The notes below the pieces were generated by a model that had not been told where the DNA came from, ran no database searches, and saw only the letters and a program-made list of their open reading frames with translations. A program made the position numbers and the translations under genes. A stretch of 64,000 nucleotides of DNA from Carcharhinus amblyrhynchos. Lineage: Eukaryota. Below, in pieces: positions 15,600 to 28,480 of this stretch (the stretch's first letter is position 1; each line of letters opens with the position of its first letter). The DNA lies in the NCBI GenBank assembly GCA_965287045.1, contig OZ336881.1:63736001-63800000 (forward strand), written 5' to 3'.

Positions 15600-15790
15600 T
15601 CGACTAATGTCACACTCCCTCATATTATATCCCCAAAATACTGTGTGGAGCGCTGATTTCTTCTTTTCGCTTTTTCTATTGGTCTTGGTGCTGTCGTTGT
15701 GCCGTTGCCATGGCCCCGCTGTCAATCACTGTCAGGCGTGCCAATCAACCAGCAGAACGTAGAGGCTTTCACCACTTGGGCGGCTGCGGC
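15600..15790 (-). promoter_or_regulatory. six3 proximal promoter
   Basis: On the minus strand: TGATTGGC (15740-47), TGACAG (15729-34), PBX-PREP/MEIS decamer TGATTGACAG (15719-28), RFX-like CCATGGCAAC (15704-13) and a CCAAT box (15678-82), 180-250 bp upstream of the ATG. Confidence 0.7.
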
Positions 15791-17169
15791 GGGGGTTATC
15801 TGAAATAAATCTCAGCATCGCCCACCTACCTCTCCAAAAGTTCAAATGTGAAAGCCTCGGCGCACAGATTTGCTGAATGGGCCGAGTAATTAGGGGATGG
15901 GAACATTTTGCCGCGATCTTAACGAACCTCGTTAAGGCTGAAGATAGGGTGAAAGTAAATGGGACGGCCTATAAAACACGTTGGAATCGAGGGCTCCTCG
16001 CCGAGACAGTTTACACATGATTTGCACGTAGTTTCACTTCATTCGGCGGGTATGAGCATTAATAGGGCCGAGGAATAAAAGCAAAATGAGATCATTAGAC
16101 CCATATTCATGTCATGCCTATGTTTGTATAAGGAGATTTTTTTTAATCTGCCTTCAGCGCTGTGCTTTCCGCGTCTTCATAACCCTTTTTAATTAATAGT
16201 ATAATTGCCAAGCCGAAGCCCGTTTTAAATGCAGCATGCGATGATTGTACTGTACATTGTTATGACTCTGGGTGTAGATCATTACAGCTTGATTTAAGGA
16301 TCTCGCACAGATAGGGCTATTTGGGAATCCGGAGGGAGGATGCAGGTAGATTTAAATACAAAATTAGACTTTCATTTTGAACCATTGGCTTAAAGTTGCT
16401 GAAAATCAAGCCTGGCGTTTTTTAATGCCATTTATCCCATCGGTTCTGACGCTAGGAGTTCTACTGGCCCGCTGCTAACATGCAACTATATTCTACTATT
16501 AGGTATGTTTGCCTTTAAGAAGACTTTAATCAGCATATTTGAGCGGGTGGCTCTTTTGTTTGGCTTCTGTAACTATGGAAGTGTGATTTACAAAGATTTG
16601 TACGGGTCATGGATGTCTTTCCAGCCTTACTGTGTATATTTAGACACGACTTTGCTTGGTGTTAAAAAGTGTATATTTTGAATGGGTTCACACACAGTAG
16701 CGAACAATACGGACATTGTACAGGATTGTACAACGCGTATTGAAACGCAGCATCCAGACTTCAACTAATCTGCCCTCAATAAAGCTGAAATAATTATCCT
16801 AAGCCGCACTTCTACGGGGGAAAAATCATTGAGGAATTCAAAACTTTTTTTTTAATTTGCTCTCCTCCGCATTCCAATGCAGATTGGAGGGGTAACGGTT
16901 ATGAGCCCAATCTGCTTCGCCGCCGAAACCCCGGTTGAAAAAAGATATTGCAATTAAAAAAGGGAAACAGAGAGCGAATTTGCAGTGCACAAGATAATAG
17001 CCCTAATAGGTGGTATGGGTTCTTTAGTGGACTGCAAACTGTTTGCGCTCCTGTCATAGCGCACTCCGCATGAAGTAATTCCAAGTGGCACATGAATAGG
17101 TCCAGTTGGGAGGGTTGTTCAACTGGAAACAGCGATGCTGTATTACACATTCGCTGTAGATTTCTATTA

Positions 17170-17390
17170 AAAAGTATCATCTACGCCCATTTAAATGCCC
17201 TAAATTGTTTCATTCAGAGAAAACACAAGAGGAGAGGCGAGCTTCGAGCAGCATAATCTCTCTACTCTTTAATCACTTTAATTTTCCTTCATTGCTTCAC
17301 AAAACAAAAGGGGGGGAGGAAGAGAAAGAATGTTTAGGAAATGTTTCTAAAATGTTGAATGAGTCTCCCTATAGATTAACCCTGTGAGGT
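17170..17390. promoter_or_regulatory. Candidate upstream six3 enhancer block
   Basis: TAATCT, TTAATC and GATTAA (K50 Otx-type sites) with ACAAA Sox-like motifs, ~1.8 kb upstream of the ATG. Confidence 0.45.
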
Positions 17391-17774
17391 CCGCGGGAAT
17401 CCGCATTTATACATTGATTTGCGTTTTTTTTCAGGGAAGCTTCAGATTTTCCACTCACTTGCTGAAGACGACTTTTCAAAACCAGAAGGATTGGGTTGTA
17501 AAGTGTATTCTACGGTCTTGCGGGCGACCAGCAATGTATCTGAACATTAATCGCTTTTAATGGTAGGTGATTCAAATTTATTTGCTATTGCTCGCAAAAA
17601 CCGACAAGTGAAAATGTATCATATAATTCTTTCTTTCTCTCTCTCTCGCTATACAATATATAATGTATTTATATGCCAGCATAGTATGTACATATGCAGG
17701 TGCTAAGAATAAAAGCAACGATGTATGTGGTTTGCCGCAGCCCATTCGAGACTCATTCACATAGTAAAGCTACA

Positions 17775-17915
17775 AGCACATAATTATTCGCCCAATCTTT
17801 GTGCGAAGAGTACAGGGTGTAAATGGCTTTTTAATGACGGCAGCTGGCCGCTGCTGTTTGTAGCCACTGACCGTCAATGAAACGGCTTAATTCAAAGCTC
17901 TGATCCCTGCCCGGC
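17775..17915. promoter_or_regulatory. Candidate upstream six3 enhancer block
   Basis: TAATTA, CCAAT, TTTAATGAC, CAGCTG E-box, CTTAATT and TTCAAAG in a compact CpG-rich block. Confidence 0.45.
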
Positions 17916-19589
17916 TCACGTAACTGTATCCTCCTCCCCGCCTCGCTCCCCCACCCCACCAGCTACCTCCCCACCCCCCACAAAAAAAAGAAAAGAAGCA
18001 ACAACAACAACTAAAAAAAATACAGCTATTAAGAAAAGCTGCAATTATACTAAAGTGACAAATCAGCATTCGGAGAGGTATACCGGCGGTTAGAAAGTCC
18101 AGGACTCTTTCCCCGGAGAAGCATTTCACATTGCTGTAAGTTTCTTGTTTTATTGGAGCGGATTTCCACATTTGTTGCGGTCACTGTTACCTTTGCACTT
18201 TGCATAAGGTATGACTAATAAGTCGAATTGGGAGAAGTGGCAAAGCGCGTTCAGAATGGAGTAGTTTGAGTGGAAGGCTACAGTGCAGCTTTGCTCGATC
18301 CGTAGCCAAAGTTTCCACAGCTTTTACAGGACCGCACATGTGGACATTTCAACACAAATCTGAACTCATAGGTAATAAAGTTCGCGAGTTTAAATACTTC
18401 AGTCGGGTGACATAACTTAGAATATGTTGCATTGTAATAAGTCTGTGACGAAGGTTGAACTTATTTGTTTTTTTTTCTCTAACCCGAGCCTTGCCTTCGG
18501 AGATTTTTTTAGTTGCCTCTTGCAAGGTGGGACATTGGCTAATTCCTTAGTTATTATTTTTGGTACTGTCACGTCGCCATTGTCGGTATCGATGTAGCAA
18601 ATACGATTCGACCCTTTACTTTCGCCTTTGTTCAGTTTTGTTTGGCGTTTACTTGTGAAATTTCCAATTTGTTTTGTATTCTCTGCTACTGTTTCCTCTA
18701 CTCTTTCCTCCTGCGTTGACCTTGTCTCTTTAAGGTGGCTGGTTAAATGTGAGCTCCGCTGGGTCTCTGTTGCCTGACGCTATATTCAAACAATTCAGAT
18801 GTATCCATTGTCAACACAGTCTGTCCTTCACCCCCGATGCTGGAGCGAATTGCGTGCATGACTTTATTTAGTTTTGCTTGCAGTGTTAATTCTATTGTAC
18901 CTGTTCCATATGTGTTAACTGCATGGTGGATTAACTGTTTGACGTAACTGTATATGTACGATTCGGTTGCAAGCAATGGTTATATAGGTTTATACTTAAA
19001 GCTATAGAGTACCCCTTTAGTGTCATGGGCTTATGTGTTTCACAGATAAATCAAGGTAGTGTTTGCACTTTAGATATTTTAAAAGCAAACAGCCAAATAA
19101 TAACTCACGCGACGACGTTGACAATTTGAAAGGAATTTGGAAACAGGAATTGAATATTCGAATTCATTTAAATGTCAATATATCTAAAACAATCCACAGA
19201 TAATGGTGCCGCAACTTAAATACACGTTAACGATAGAAACACTGATGTACCTCATCCAATGGCATTGTTAAATATTTATTTATAGAATCCTCAAAGATAG
19301 AAGACTGCGCTTATTCATACTTACTTTATGTAACCAGGGAACATGTCATCTAGCTAAATACCTGACAATTGCTCTTCCATTCTGCGTTGCTTACAATGCA
19401 GGAGATAGTAAAAGTTAAACATTAGTCATGTCTATAGCACAGAGGTCATGAAAGCGGAATCTATAAAACAGAGCAAGTTTTTTTTACAATGCACACTCCC
19501 CAATCCAATCTACACCAGTATTATCATGATTCCGCTAAGATTCAACAGTAAATGTCTGAGCACAGAATCTAAGAGGCAAATTTCTGACT

Positions 19590-19785
19590 GGAGCATATTA
19601 AGTTCCAATGTGAGATTGTGCTCTTTCATTTGGAGTGAAGGGAAAGAGTGCAGGGTAACTGCAGAACTACTCAAACGTGACCGCTTCCCTATCAACCAAC
19701 ACAGCCAAGGACCTGTATGTGAACATCACAAAAGTGATCACCCTCTCCAAGTTTGTCATGGAAGTGTTTGTCATCATTGAAAAAA
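19590..19785. promoter_or_regulatory. Candidate upstream six3 enhancer block
   Basis: Unique sequence with paired TGTCA (TALE) motifs and an ATTGT Sox motif. Confidence 0.3.
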
Positions 19786-20089
19786 AAATAGTAATTGCGC
19801 TGACACACTAAGTGAACAGGTTGGAAAGGATAAGTGGGTTCTCAGTAAAACGTAATAGAAAAGGCATTTTTATGCGGAGACATTTACGCTTGGGATTTTA
19901 GCATGTTAATGGTCGTTTCTTGACAATTGAGGATGTAAACAAGGAAATATTAAATAGTTAGAAGGAACGATTTGGTCTTGCAGTTTCAGCAATGATCTTT
20001 ACAATGGACAGCTCATCTCCCCATCCCAGCATTGGATGCGGAATGTTTAGTGAGGAAATCGACAGGTACCACACTGCATGTAGAAAAAC

Positions 20090-20320
20090 TTCCTGCTCTG
20101 TAATTTGGAATTTCTTGCTCAGTCATTATCCTTCTGGCCTTAAGGAAGTGTACATCCTGCAAGGGACAGAGTATTACAAGGGAACTGTCCAATCAGGAGA
20201 TTTACACGCCTTGTTAGCGATATTTAATGAGGTCGCTCTATAGACAAGAAATAAAGGCGCCTTGCCATAGATTTACCTTATGTCAACTCGTTACTTCTAA
20301 TGAATTGAACAAAGCCCAGC
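20090..20320. promoter_or_regulatory. Upstream six3 enhancer containing TCATTAA and CGCTAACAA motifs
   Basis: Minus strand 20230-20211 reads TCATTAAATATCGCTAACAA, which I recall as the motif pair in a teleost six3 anterior neural plate module (recall, not verified). Confidence 0.55.
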
Positions 20321-20353
20321 AAACCTAGCAGTTTTTGTTTTGTGGTGATGCTG

Positions 20354-20470
20354 GCGGGGTGCGGGGCTGGGGGCTGGGGGGGTCGGGGTCGTGGCGGTGG
20401 TGATGGGGTGGGGTGGGGGGTGGTTGTTGAAGTTGCTGGGAGGAGGAGGATGAGGAGGAGGAGGGGTGAA
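20354..20470 (+). repeat. G-rich low-complexity tract, potential G-quadruplex
   Basis: More than eight G3+ runs with short loops, followed by (GGA)n. Confidence 0.6.
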
Positions 20471-20519
20471 AGGTGAATGCCGGCCTTCCTGCTACCGGGT
20501 TATGTGTGTATGTGTCAAA

Positions 20520-22870
20520 ACGAATTAGTTACAGGAATAAAAACGCTGAATCCAGTTCAACAGAATATAATATCATATGGTGCTATCATGGCTCATTGGT
20601 CAGTCGGCTTGACATTTCAATCTGCTTTAGTCAAAAAAAAAGTTGACTTAACTGCCTCTATATAATCGGTCCCTCGAGCTGCCCAAAGCAGATGCCCATC
20701 GTCCTTTCTCCCGAATAAAGCGCTCGATTGCTATCAAATTCAGGTAACCTTTCGATTGCCAATTGCTTGCTTTTGGCGCATGGCATTGTGCCATTACTCC
20801 TAGTGGGTTAGCACTTAAAAATCAATTAGTCTTTTCAAATCTTATAGTAAATTATTTGAAACAAATGCATAGTGCTCCCCCGAGGGAGAGCGGGGCCAGG
20901 ATAAAAAGGTTTTCTTTTTTTTCCTCTCTCTCTGTCGTGTTATTCTAAAAGCCGCTGACAGACGATGAAAGAACAATTTGCCAAATCAGTTCCCGTTTCA
21001 GTGGCTGAGCCGCATCATTAATTGGTGCGTGTGAGAACTAGTTCCTTACAGTTAGGAAATAATGCTGGCGGAACTTTTCACGCTGGCGATGATTACTTTA
21101 TTTTGGATTATGGACAGCTTGTTATAGATAAACGGGAAGCTATAGAAGGCCAGCTCAGCAATCACCATCCCCCCATACTATCGAACACTCTGCACTATAG
21201 ACTAATTCTAATCCATTAGCCTGGCCTGCAGCAGATACATTGATTTCCATCGCCCGCATTGCACTCAATAGATGAATCAGTCAAGCGCAAGGTTTTAACG
21301 TTGGAGGATTATCACGCCACTTCAGTAAATACTAATACTCATAAACTAATGATAAACAGGATCTCTTTACACGGGAAGGCGTCTAATCTTATGCTATTCT
21401 TCTCCGAGAGAAAAAAAATCTTGTATTAATTTCAGAAATTGCTCAATGTAAATTCACACGCTATTCCTGAGTTGACATAATCATATATTTGATTTAACCA
21501 TTAATTGGTGTGACCATACACCCCCACGTCCCAGCCCCCACCCCCCACCCCCTCCACCCCCCGCCAAACCCCTCCAAAACTCTAAAGTGGTCAGGACCTT
21601 CTGTCACGTGAGAAACTGGAACTGAACTTATTTAGTTCGAATAGAGCACGCATTTCATAATTTCTGATCACAAGCCTTAAGCCACTTTTTTTTTTCATCC
21701 TGTTTCCTTTCCTGGTATTTATTAAAACCGATATCTTCCTTATAATTAAGGTCCAGTGACTTCATTAATGCAAGTATTTCTTTGCCACTGCAATGGACAC
21801 CACCTTTAGCAAGTGTGTCATTGTAGCTTTCTTGGTGGGGTGTGGGGGGGGTGCGGTGGGATGTTTCTTGGTAAACTGAACTTCGGTCTGGCTTCCACTG
21901 TACAAGGAAAGGGCCTTTCTGAATCACACTGAATCAGTTAGCTGTTGCCATTATTGGCACATGAGCAGATCGATGTCATAATGCTTTATTGTTATGGTTA
22001 CAACTATTGTATAGTTACACATGCCATTTAGGAATCAAAAGTCTGGGTGACAGCATAGAATTAAAAACATAACAACAGTGTTTTCCACTTCTTTCTCGAT
22101 ACGCTGGCTGGATTACTTTCTCAAAAGGGTAGCGGGACACATCTTCTGCATAAAGCCGGACGGAAAGACTGGTTAGTTTTACACAAACGTCAAATAGACG
22201 ATCTTTCGGGAAGAACTAGTTTCAGAAGCTTCTCTCATTGGCATTCACTTGAACTTAGGTGCTAATTCAACTAGTCCCCCAACCATTCCCCTACGGGGGG
22301 AGGGGGGAGGGGCGGGGGCAGGTAGAGAACAATACACGCTTTAAAAAAATCTATGGTAAATAATACTTGCATGCAGTTTGAAAAGAGAAACGGTCTGTAA
22401 AATGTGTCAGATTTTGAGGGGGGAAAATAGCCTCGCTTCTCATTGTTCTTCATGTCAATTGGAAGTGTGTGTTTCTCTTCAACACAATAGATTATTGAAA
22501 CTACATGTTTCATTTACCATAGTTGCCAAGTATTAATATGATGAATTATGACAAGCCTCGAACTAATTATATTCCATTTTATACACCAACATTATTTCAG
22601 CATCAACTTACCACTGCATCCCTTGTGCACATTACTGCTCTCTACCCCGATGTGGTAAAAGCTCGGGGGGTAAACTGTTGATTCGTTCAACCATCACCCA
22701 AAGAGCTGTAGGAAGGGGGCAAACTATGCCTGCCACACTGCAAACCTGAGTTAACCTCAAACTATACGCCCGTACTATCATGGCCAAATATGATGGTAGA
22801 TGGTGAATTGCAATCAGCTCAATAAACCATCGCCCTTTTAGTTGCAAAACAGCCGTAGCGACTTCCAATA
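20520..22870. promoter_or_regulatory. Cluster of candidate conserved non-coding elements 5-7.5 kb upstream of six3
   Basis: TE-free unique sequence dense in TAAT/ATTA, GGATTA/TAATCC, CAATTA and TGACA motifs, with G/C-run spacers between blocks. Confidence 0.4.
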
Positions 22871-24149
22871 GCTGTATATAAACTTATGTCAAAAATATGT
22901 TGATGCTTCTTTTTATGGGATAAGTGTTGGGATTGGGAAGGAATGCGCAGTTTTTCACCCAGGGTTCGGTGTGACTTACAGGTGTATTGTTTTGTTTATT
23001 CAGAGAGCACACTCTGTCAACACGCTGAAGAAGAAAAATGCTTTTCAAATCAGATAGAAACTACAGATGGCTGTGAAGCCATGTTTAGTAATCGCCAACC
23101 TTAACGCTACTGCTTGATAAAGTGATACTGCATCCTACTCTCCACTCAGCTCTGATGAGTTTCCATCGCCTTCACACCAGCGTAGACAATGGATTTGAAA
23201 TATGAAGTACCAGGATGATCAACAAGTTTGAGTGTGTGCAGCTTTAGCGCTACTGTGAATATTTGCTGAAAGCACAGCATTCTCAGTTACCTAATAACAT
23301 ATGATGGCTGTTACATGCGAGCTTGGTGCCAAGTACCTGTCGGGCATGCTAAGTGTTGCGAGTTGCTACAGGTTTGAAGTTTCAGTCTGTTACATCAGGG
23401 TCAGAAAACATGCTTCGGCTAATTATTGGAGCAAAGTAGCAGAATTCAGGAACCCCTTCACCCGTTCTCAGCTCTCCAACGCAGAGAAATTGAATGTTAG
23501 CAACCCCTCTTGTTCATTTGTTTAACGTCTGCCACTTAGGATTGCAACAATTAAAGATCATATCTTTTTCTGTTCACCTGTACAAACCTAAAGCTTCCAG
23601 CCTGCGGTAGGTCCATGCATTTGCCATGCATTTTCTGTAAACCCATTTGGAGATGTATTGAAATTTGTATCACGCGGATAAATTAGCATAATGAAGATGA
23701 GGCGGATAATCAATTTTCAGCTCAAATGGCGGAAAGTGTGAACAGGTTCGTTTGTGGAAAACTTCTGCGTGTTTCTGCGGCACTGGATGCGCTTCACCAG
23801 CTGCTATTTGAATAAATCGGTTCTGCTCGTATTTACAAATTTATACATACAATTATGTCCACTCATCCGGCTTGCTATCTCTCTAACTTTCAACTATATA
23901 AACACGAATGATCTATTACATGTTAGCATGGGTCCCAAACAACATTATAATAAAGCGTGTTTAATAATCATTATCAAGATTGACTGTTCCTTGTTACAGT
24001 ATGCCAAAGAATATAATGATGTTTATATTCCTGTTCTGTCTACTTCACTTCGTGTCTTTTTGTTGCCTTTTCTCTCTTCTACACATCTGTTTTCCCTTTG
24101 TGCCTCAGCCATTTCGTGCGGTAGTGTGTTTTATTCTAACCCCTCACTG

Positions 24150-24690
24150 AGTCAACGTGTTTCTCTTTATTTTCCGACTGGATTTGGGGGTAACTATCGC
24201 GAATTTGTCACCCCTAGTTTTGGATTGTCCTTTATTAGAAATATTCTCTTCGCATCTATCCTCTCCACCCCATGCATAATTTAAAATTCCTCACCTGTAC
24301 GCCTTTTATAAAGAAAAAACTCCTGACCAGTTCAAACTTTCCCAATTGTTGCAATCTCTGAGTTATTGCAACATCCTTGTAAATCTTTTCTGAGCTTTAT
24401 CCAGTGCTTCTGTCATTTTTATGCCGCGGAGACCAGACCTGTACTCAATATCCTATGTGCGGACTGAGCAGGGTTCTAGGCAAGTTTAATTTTGAATTAT
24501 GTTCCTCTAGAAATATATATCAGTGCTCCGTTAGCAGTTATTATTCCTTGTTTACACCCAAAGTTATTTTTTAATTATTTTATTCCCAGCTCCCGTTACT
24601 CTGCTACCTCTCACGTATTTTCTTATGCTCTAAGGTGTAGGTGATAAGATCTGTCGAAGTACACCACCTCACTTCTATCTATTGTTAAAG
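24150..24690 (-). mobile_element. Ancient decayed CR1-like LINE fragment
   Basis: CATCCTTGTAAATCTTTTCTG..CTTTATCCAGTGC...GGAGACCAGA.CTGTAC.CAATA.CC is the reverse complement of the CR1 ORF2 C-terminal region. Confidence 0.6.
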
Positions 24691-25179
24691 ATCATTTGGC
24701 AACTCTGATAATAGGTTGCATTCTTCCCAGTTGCTAGAGTGCGCTTCCCCTCCCCCCCCCCCCCCCCCCACCCGCGTCGCCATCTCTCCCCAGTGGGTTA
24801 GCAGTAAAGGCAAATATGAATTCGGTGACATTATTTGGAAATCCAGACTCGCCCACAAGTTATCCACTTTGCTATTTAACAAGCCATGTAACCCAATCGG
24901 GTTTTCCAGACATGAGAAACATAACGCACTTGTGTCAGTACGTGTGCGTTAATAAGGGTTGTCCATTCTTTTGCATCACCGACCTCATTACTCAACACTG
25001 CAATCCGTTCACTTACAGGCATGTGAGCAAGTGTGAGTTTGGGAATAGATAATGTGTGCCCAACCGAGGGTTTGTGAGGGGCCTGTGTGTGTCATTGAGT
25101 AAATGAGTGTGTTGTGAATCTGTGCGTAAGTGGGAATCTGCGCGTACGACCAGTTGCAATGGGAAGCACGTGGTGCCCA

Positions 25180-27470
25180 GTGTCCCATTTTGGCTTTTGG
25201 TATTGTAGTTTGCTCCACCGGTGGCCTTACCGCTGTTCTATACGTTGTTCTATACCTTACTGTTGTTCTGTACGTAATTTGGTCCTGTACTTAATATTTT
25301 GGCATTGTACTTTACATTTTGGTATTGCATTTGGTAGTTTGCTGTTGTGGTTGGCGTTTTGGTATTTGGTATTGTGTTTGACATTTTGGCATTGTATTTG
25401 GTATTTTGGTCTTGTGTTGGCTATTTTGATATTGCATTTGGTATTTTGGTATTATATTGGGCATTTTGATATTGTTTGATATCTAGAGATTATATTTGAT
25501 ATTTTGGAATTGTATTTGAGATCTTGGGACTGTATTTGGCATTTTAGTATTGTACTTGTTATTTTGGTATTGCATTTGATGCTTGGCTATTATGTTTGAT
25601 ATATTGGTACTTTGGTATTGTGTTTGGCATTTTGGTATTGTATTTGATATTTTGGAGTTGTATTTGGTATTTTGGCATCTTGATATTACATTTGTTATTT
25701 TGGCATTGAGTTTGGTACTTTTGGTATTTTGATATTGTATTTGGGATTAAATTTCACATTTTGGTATTGTATTTTGGCATTGATATTGTGTTGGACATTT
25801 TGGTATTTTGGCATTGTCCTTCGTATTTTGACATTTAGTATTGTGCACAGTATTTTGACATTGTGTTTGGCATTTTGGTATTATATTTGGTAGTTTGGCA
25901 TGTGATTTTGGTTTGGCACATTGATATTTTATTTGGTATTCTGGTATTGTATTTGGTATTTTGCTATTGTATTTGGTATTTTGACATTGTGTGTGGTGTG
26001 TGATTTTCTAGTGTTGTGTTTGGCATTTTGGTATTGTATTTGCTATTTTGGTTTATGGTTGGTATTTTGGTGTTTGGAACTAAATTTGGCATTTTAGTTT
26101 TGTATTTGGTATTTGAGTATTTTACTAGTATGTTGGCATTGTCTTTGAAATTTGGATCTATATTTCGTATTTGGTATAATATTTGGTACTTGGGTACTCT
26201 ATTTGATACTTTGGCATTATATTCGGTATTTTGGTTTTCGTTTTGTACTTGATATTTTGACATTGTATTTGGTACTTTGTGATATATTTTTGGCATTTTG
26301 GAATTTTGATATTGTATTTGGTTTTGTATTGGGCATTTTGGTATTATATTTGGTATTTTGTTTGGCACTTTGACATTGTTTGTGGTATTTTGGTATTACA
26401 TTTTTTAAATTGTATTTGGAATTTTGGTTTTGCATTCGGTATTTTGTTATTGTATTTGTCACTTAAGTTTGTATTTAGTATGTTGGCATCATAATAGGTA
26501 TTTTGGCAATGAGTTGGTGTTTTGGTATTGCACTTACACTTAAGTACTGCATTTGTTAGTTTGTAATTTTGGTATGATAGTTGGCACTGTGACATTGCAT
26601 TTTGTATTTTGTTATTCCATGTGACATTTTGGTTTTTTTATTTTCATGTTATGTTTAGTATTTGATATTACATTTGGTATTTATGTAATATATTTGGTAT
26701 TTTGGCACTCTGATAATATGTTTGATATTTTTAAATTGTATCTGGTATTTTCAAATTGTATTTGGCATTTTCATATTTTATCTGGGATTGCATTTGGTAT
26801 TTTGGTAATCTTGGTATTTTGATATCGTATTTGTATTACATTTGGCATTGCATTTGGTATTTTGTATTTTGTATTTTGGTATTTTGGTGTTGCACTTGGG
26901 TATTTGGTATTTTGCATTTTGGTATTTGGTATATTTGGCACTCTGGTTTTTTTGGTATATTGGTATTGTGTTTGGTACATTGGTATTTGCTAATTTGGCA
27001 TTGTATTCAGTATTTTCTATTATATTTGCTACTTTGTATTCTGTTATTTTGTTATTAAGTTATTGTATTTGATGTTTTGGCATTTGGTTTTGTATTTGGT
27101 ATTTTGGTACTGTACTTGTTGTTTTGATGTCTGGTATTTTTGTAGTGTATTTGTTTTGGAGGTATTTTGGTCCTGTGTTTGGTATTTTGGTATTATGTTT
27201 GTTATTTTGGCATTGGATTTGGTAAAGTATTTCGTATTTTACGATTTTGTATTGTAGTTGACATTTTAGTATTTTGGTCTTGTACTTTGTACTGTACTTG
27301 GCATTTTGATCTGTTGGTATTTTGGCATCGTTTCTGGCATTCTGGGAATGGATTTGGTGGTTTGATATTTTAGTCTTATTTTGACATTGGAATTTTGGTA
27401 TTATGTTTGTTTTTTTGTATTTGGCAGTTTGTTATTATAATTAGTATATTGGTTTTGTAAAATGGTTTTG
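25180..27470. repeat. Degenerate (TTTGGTATTGTA / TTTTGGCAT)-type minisatellite, ~2.3 kb
   Basis: Continuous mosaic of TTTGGTATT, TTGGCATT and TGTATT units with extreme T/G strand skew. All ORFs here are artefacts. Confidence 0.9.
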
Positions 27471-27779
27471 TTTTACCCAACCGGTATCTTTACTGCTGTT
27501 GTATACGTGGATCCCAAATTCCTGAAGGGTTGTTTCCTGTTCACGCATTTTGTGAGAAAACAATGATCTTGTGGTGAAATTTTCTGATGTTTGTGTTTGT
27601 CCTATTATCCATGCATCATTCAGTACTCATCTTGTTTTGAAAAACAAAATGATGCATTTTAATGAGATACGAAATTTCTAAATTTCAAGTGCAGTGAGCC
27701 CTTTTCGCATTCTTGTATTGAAATAACCACCAAACTTCCCAAAGTGAAATCCATTTGAGTTATAGGCATTTTCTGAAAT

Positions 27780-27965
27780 GTGGGAAACGGGGCAGCAAAC
27801 TCTCACAATAATGCGATAATGACTAGATAACACTATAGCGTTCCCTCAACACTGCGGCGCTCCCTCAACGGTGCACTGAGAGGTCAGCCTTGATATCATA
27901 ATGGAGTATCATCTGAACCCACATCCTCTGATTGAAGGGAAAGGATGGTAACATAGAAACCATGT
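27780..27965 (-). mobile_element. Decayed DeuSINE (SacSINE1-like) remnant
   Basis: GCGCTCCCTCA..GTGCACTGAG.GGTCAGCCT...TGAACCCACA.CCT.CTGA is the reverse complement of the 5' part of the SINE at 47060-47580. Confidence 0.55.
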
Positions 27966-28179
27966 CTAACCACTGAATGTAGAATCATATTTAAAAAGTT
28001 AACGTGGGCATGGCAAATTAGATAAGTCCAGGCTATTTGACGTTGAGTGCACGATTGTGCAACCGGCCTTCGAACACGAATTGTTCTAATTGTAGTGGCA
28101 CACAGACGTGTAAGACTTTCCAAGTCTAGTTAGTTCTAAAGGAATTACGAATGCCTCCGTAGATATTTAAATTGTAAAG

Positions 28180-28480
28180 CAGCTTTATATATTTGTTGTG
28201 ATATACCACCAGACCAGTCTGTTTAATTCCAACATTAATTCACAAACAGACAATCTTTCAATACATTTGTCAATAAATGAAAAGAGTTTCACATATTTAA
28301 ACGTGGCACCATCTGCTGATTGTGATTCAAAGTCAGCAAAACATGTACAAAACGCTAACTGTTGCAAGGCAGGAAGGTTACCGCAGATTTGCCTGTGCGT
28401 CCAATGGTAATTCTATCAGTGATGCATAAAATGGTTTTTTGGGCACATTGGCAGGCAGGTATACAAGATAGAGAGTTAGC
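28180..28480. promoter_or_regulatory. Candidate distal conserved non-coding element
   Basis: ATTAAT, ACAAT, TGTCAATAAA, CATCTG and TTCAAAG motifs in unique sequence. Confidence 0.4.

Noticed and set aside
23152-23175. CTGATGAG as a hammerhead core
   Set aside because: No stem II followed by GAAA and no stem I pairing. The same applies to CTGATGA at ~48799 and ~58651 (the latter inside a SINE).
23754-24284. 176-aa ORF and other 100-180-aa ORFs (28362, 30531, 33729, 35563, 38387, 49465)
   Set aside because: No recognisable domains, low-complexity or non-ATG starts and no coherent exon structure; consistent with chance ORFs.
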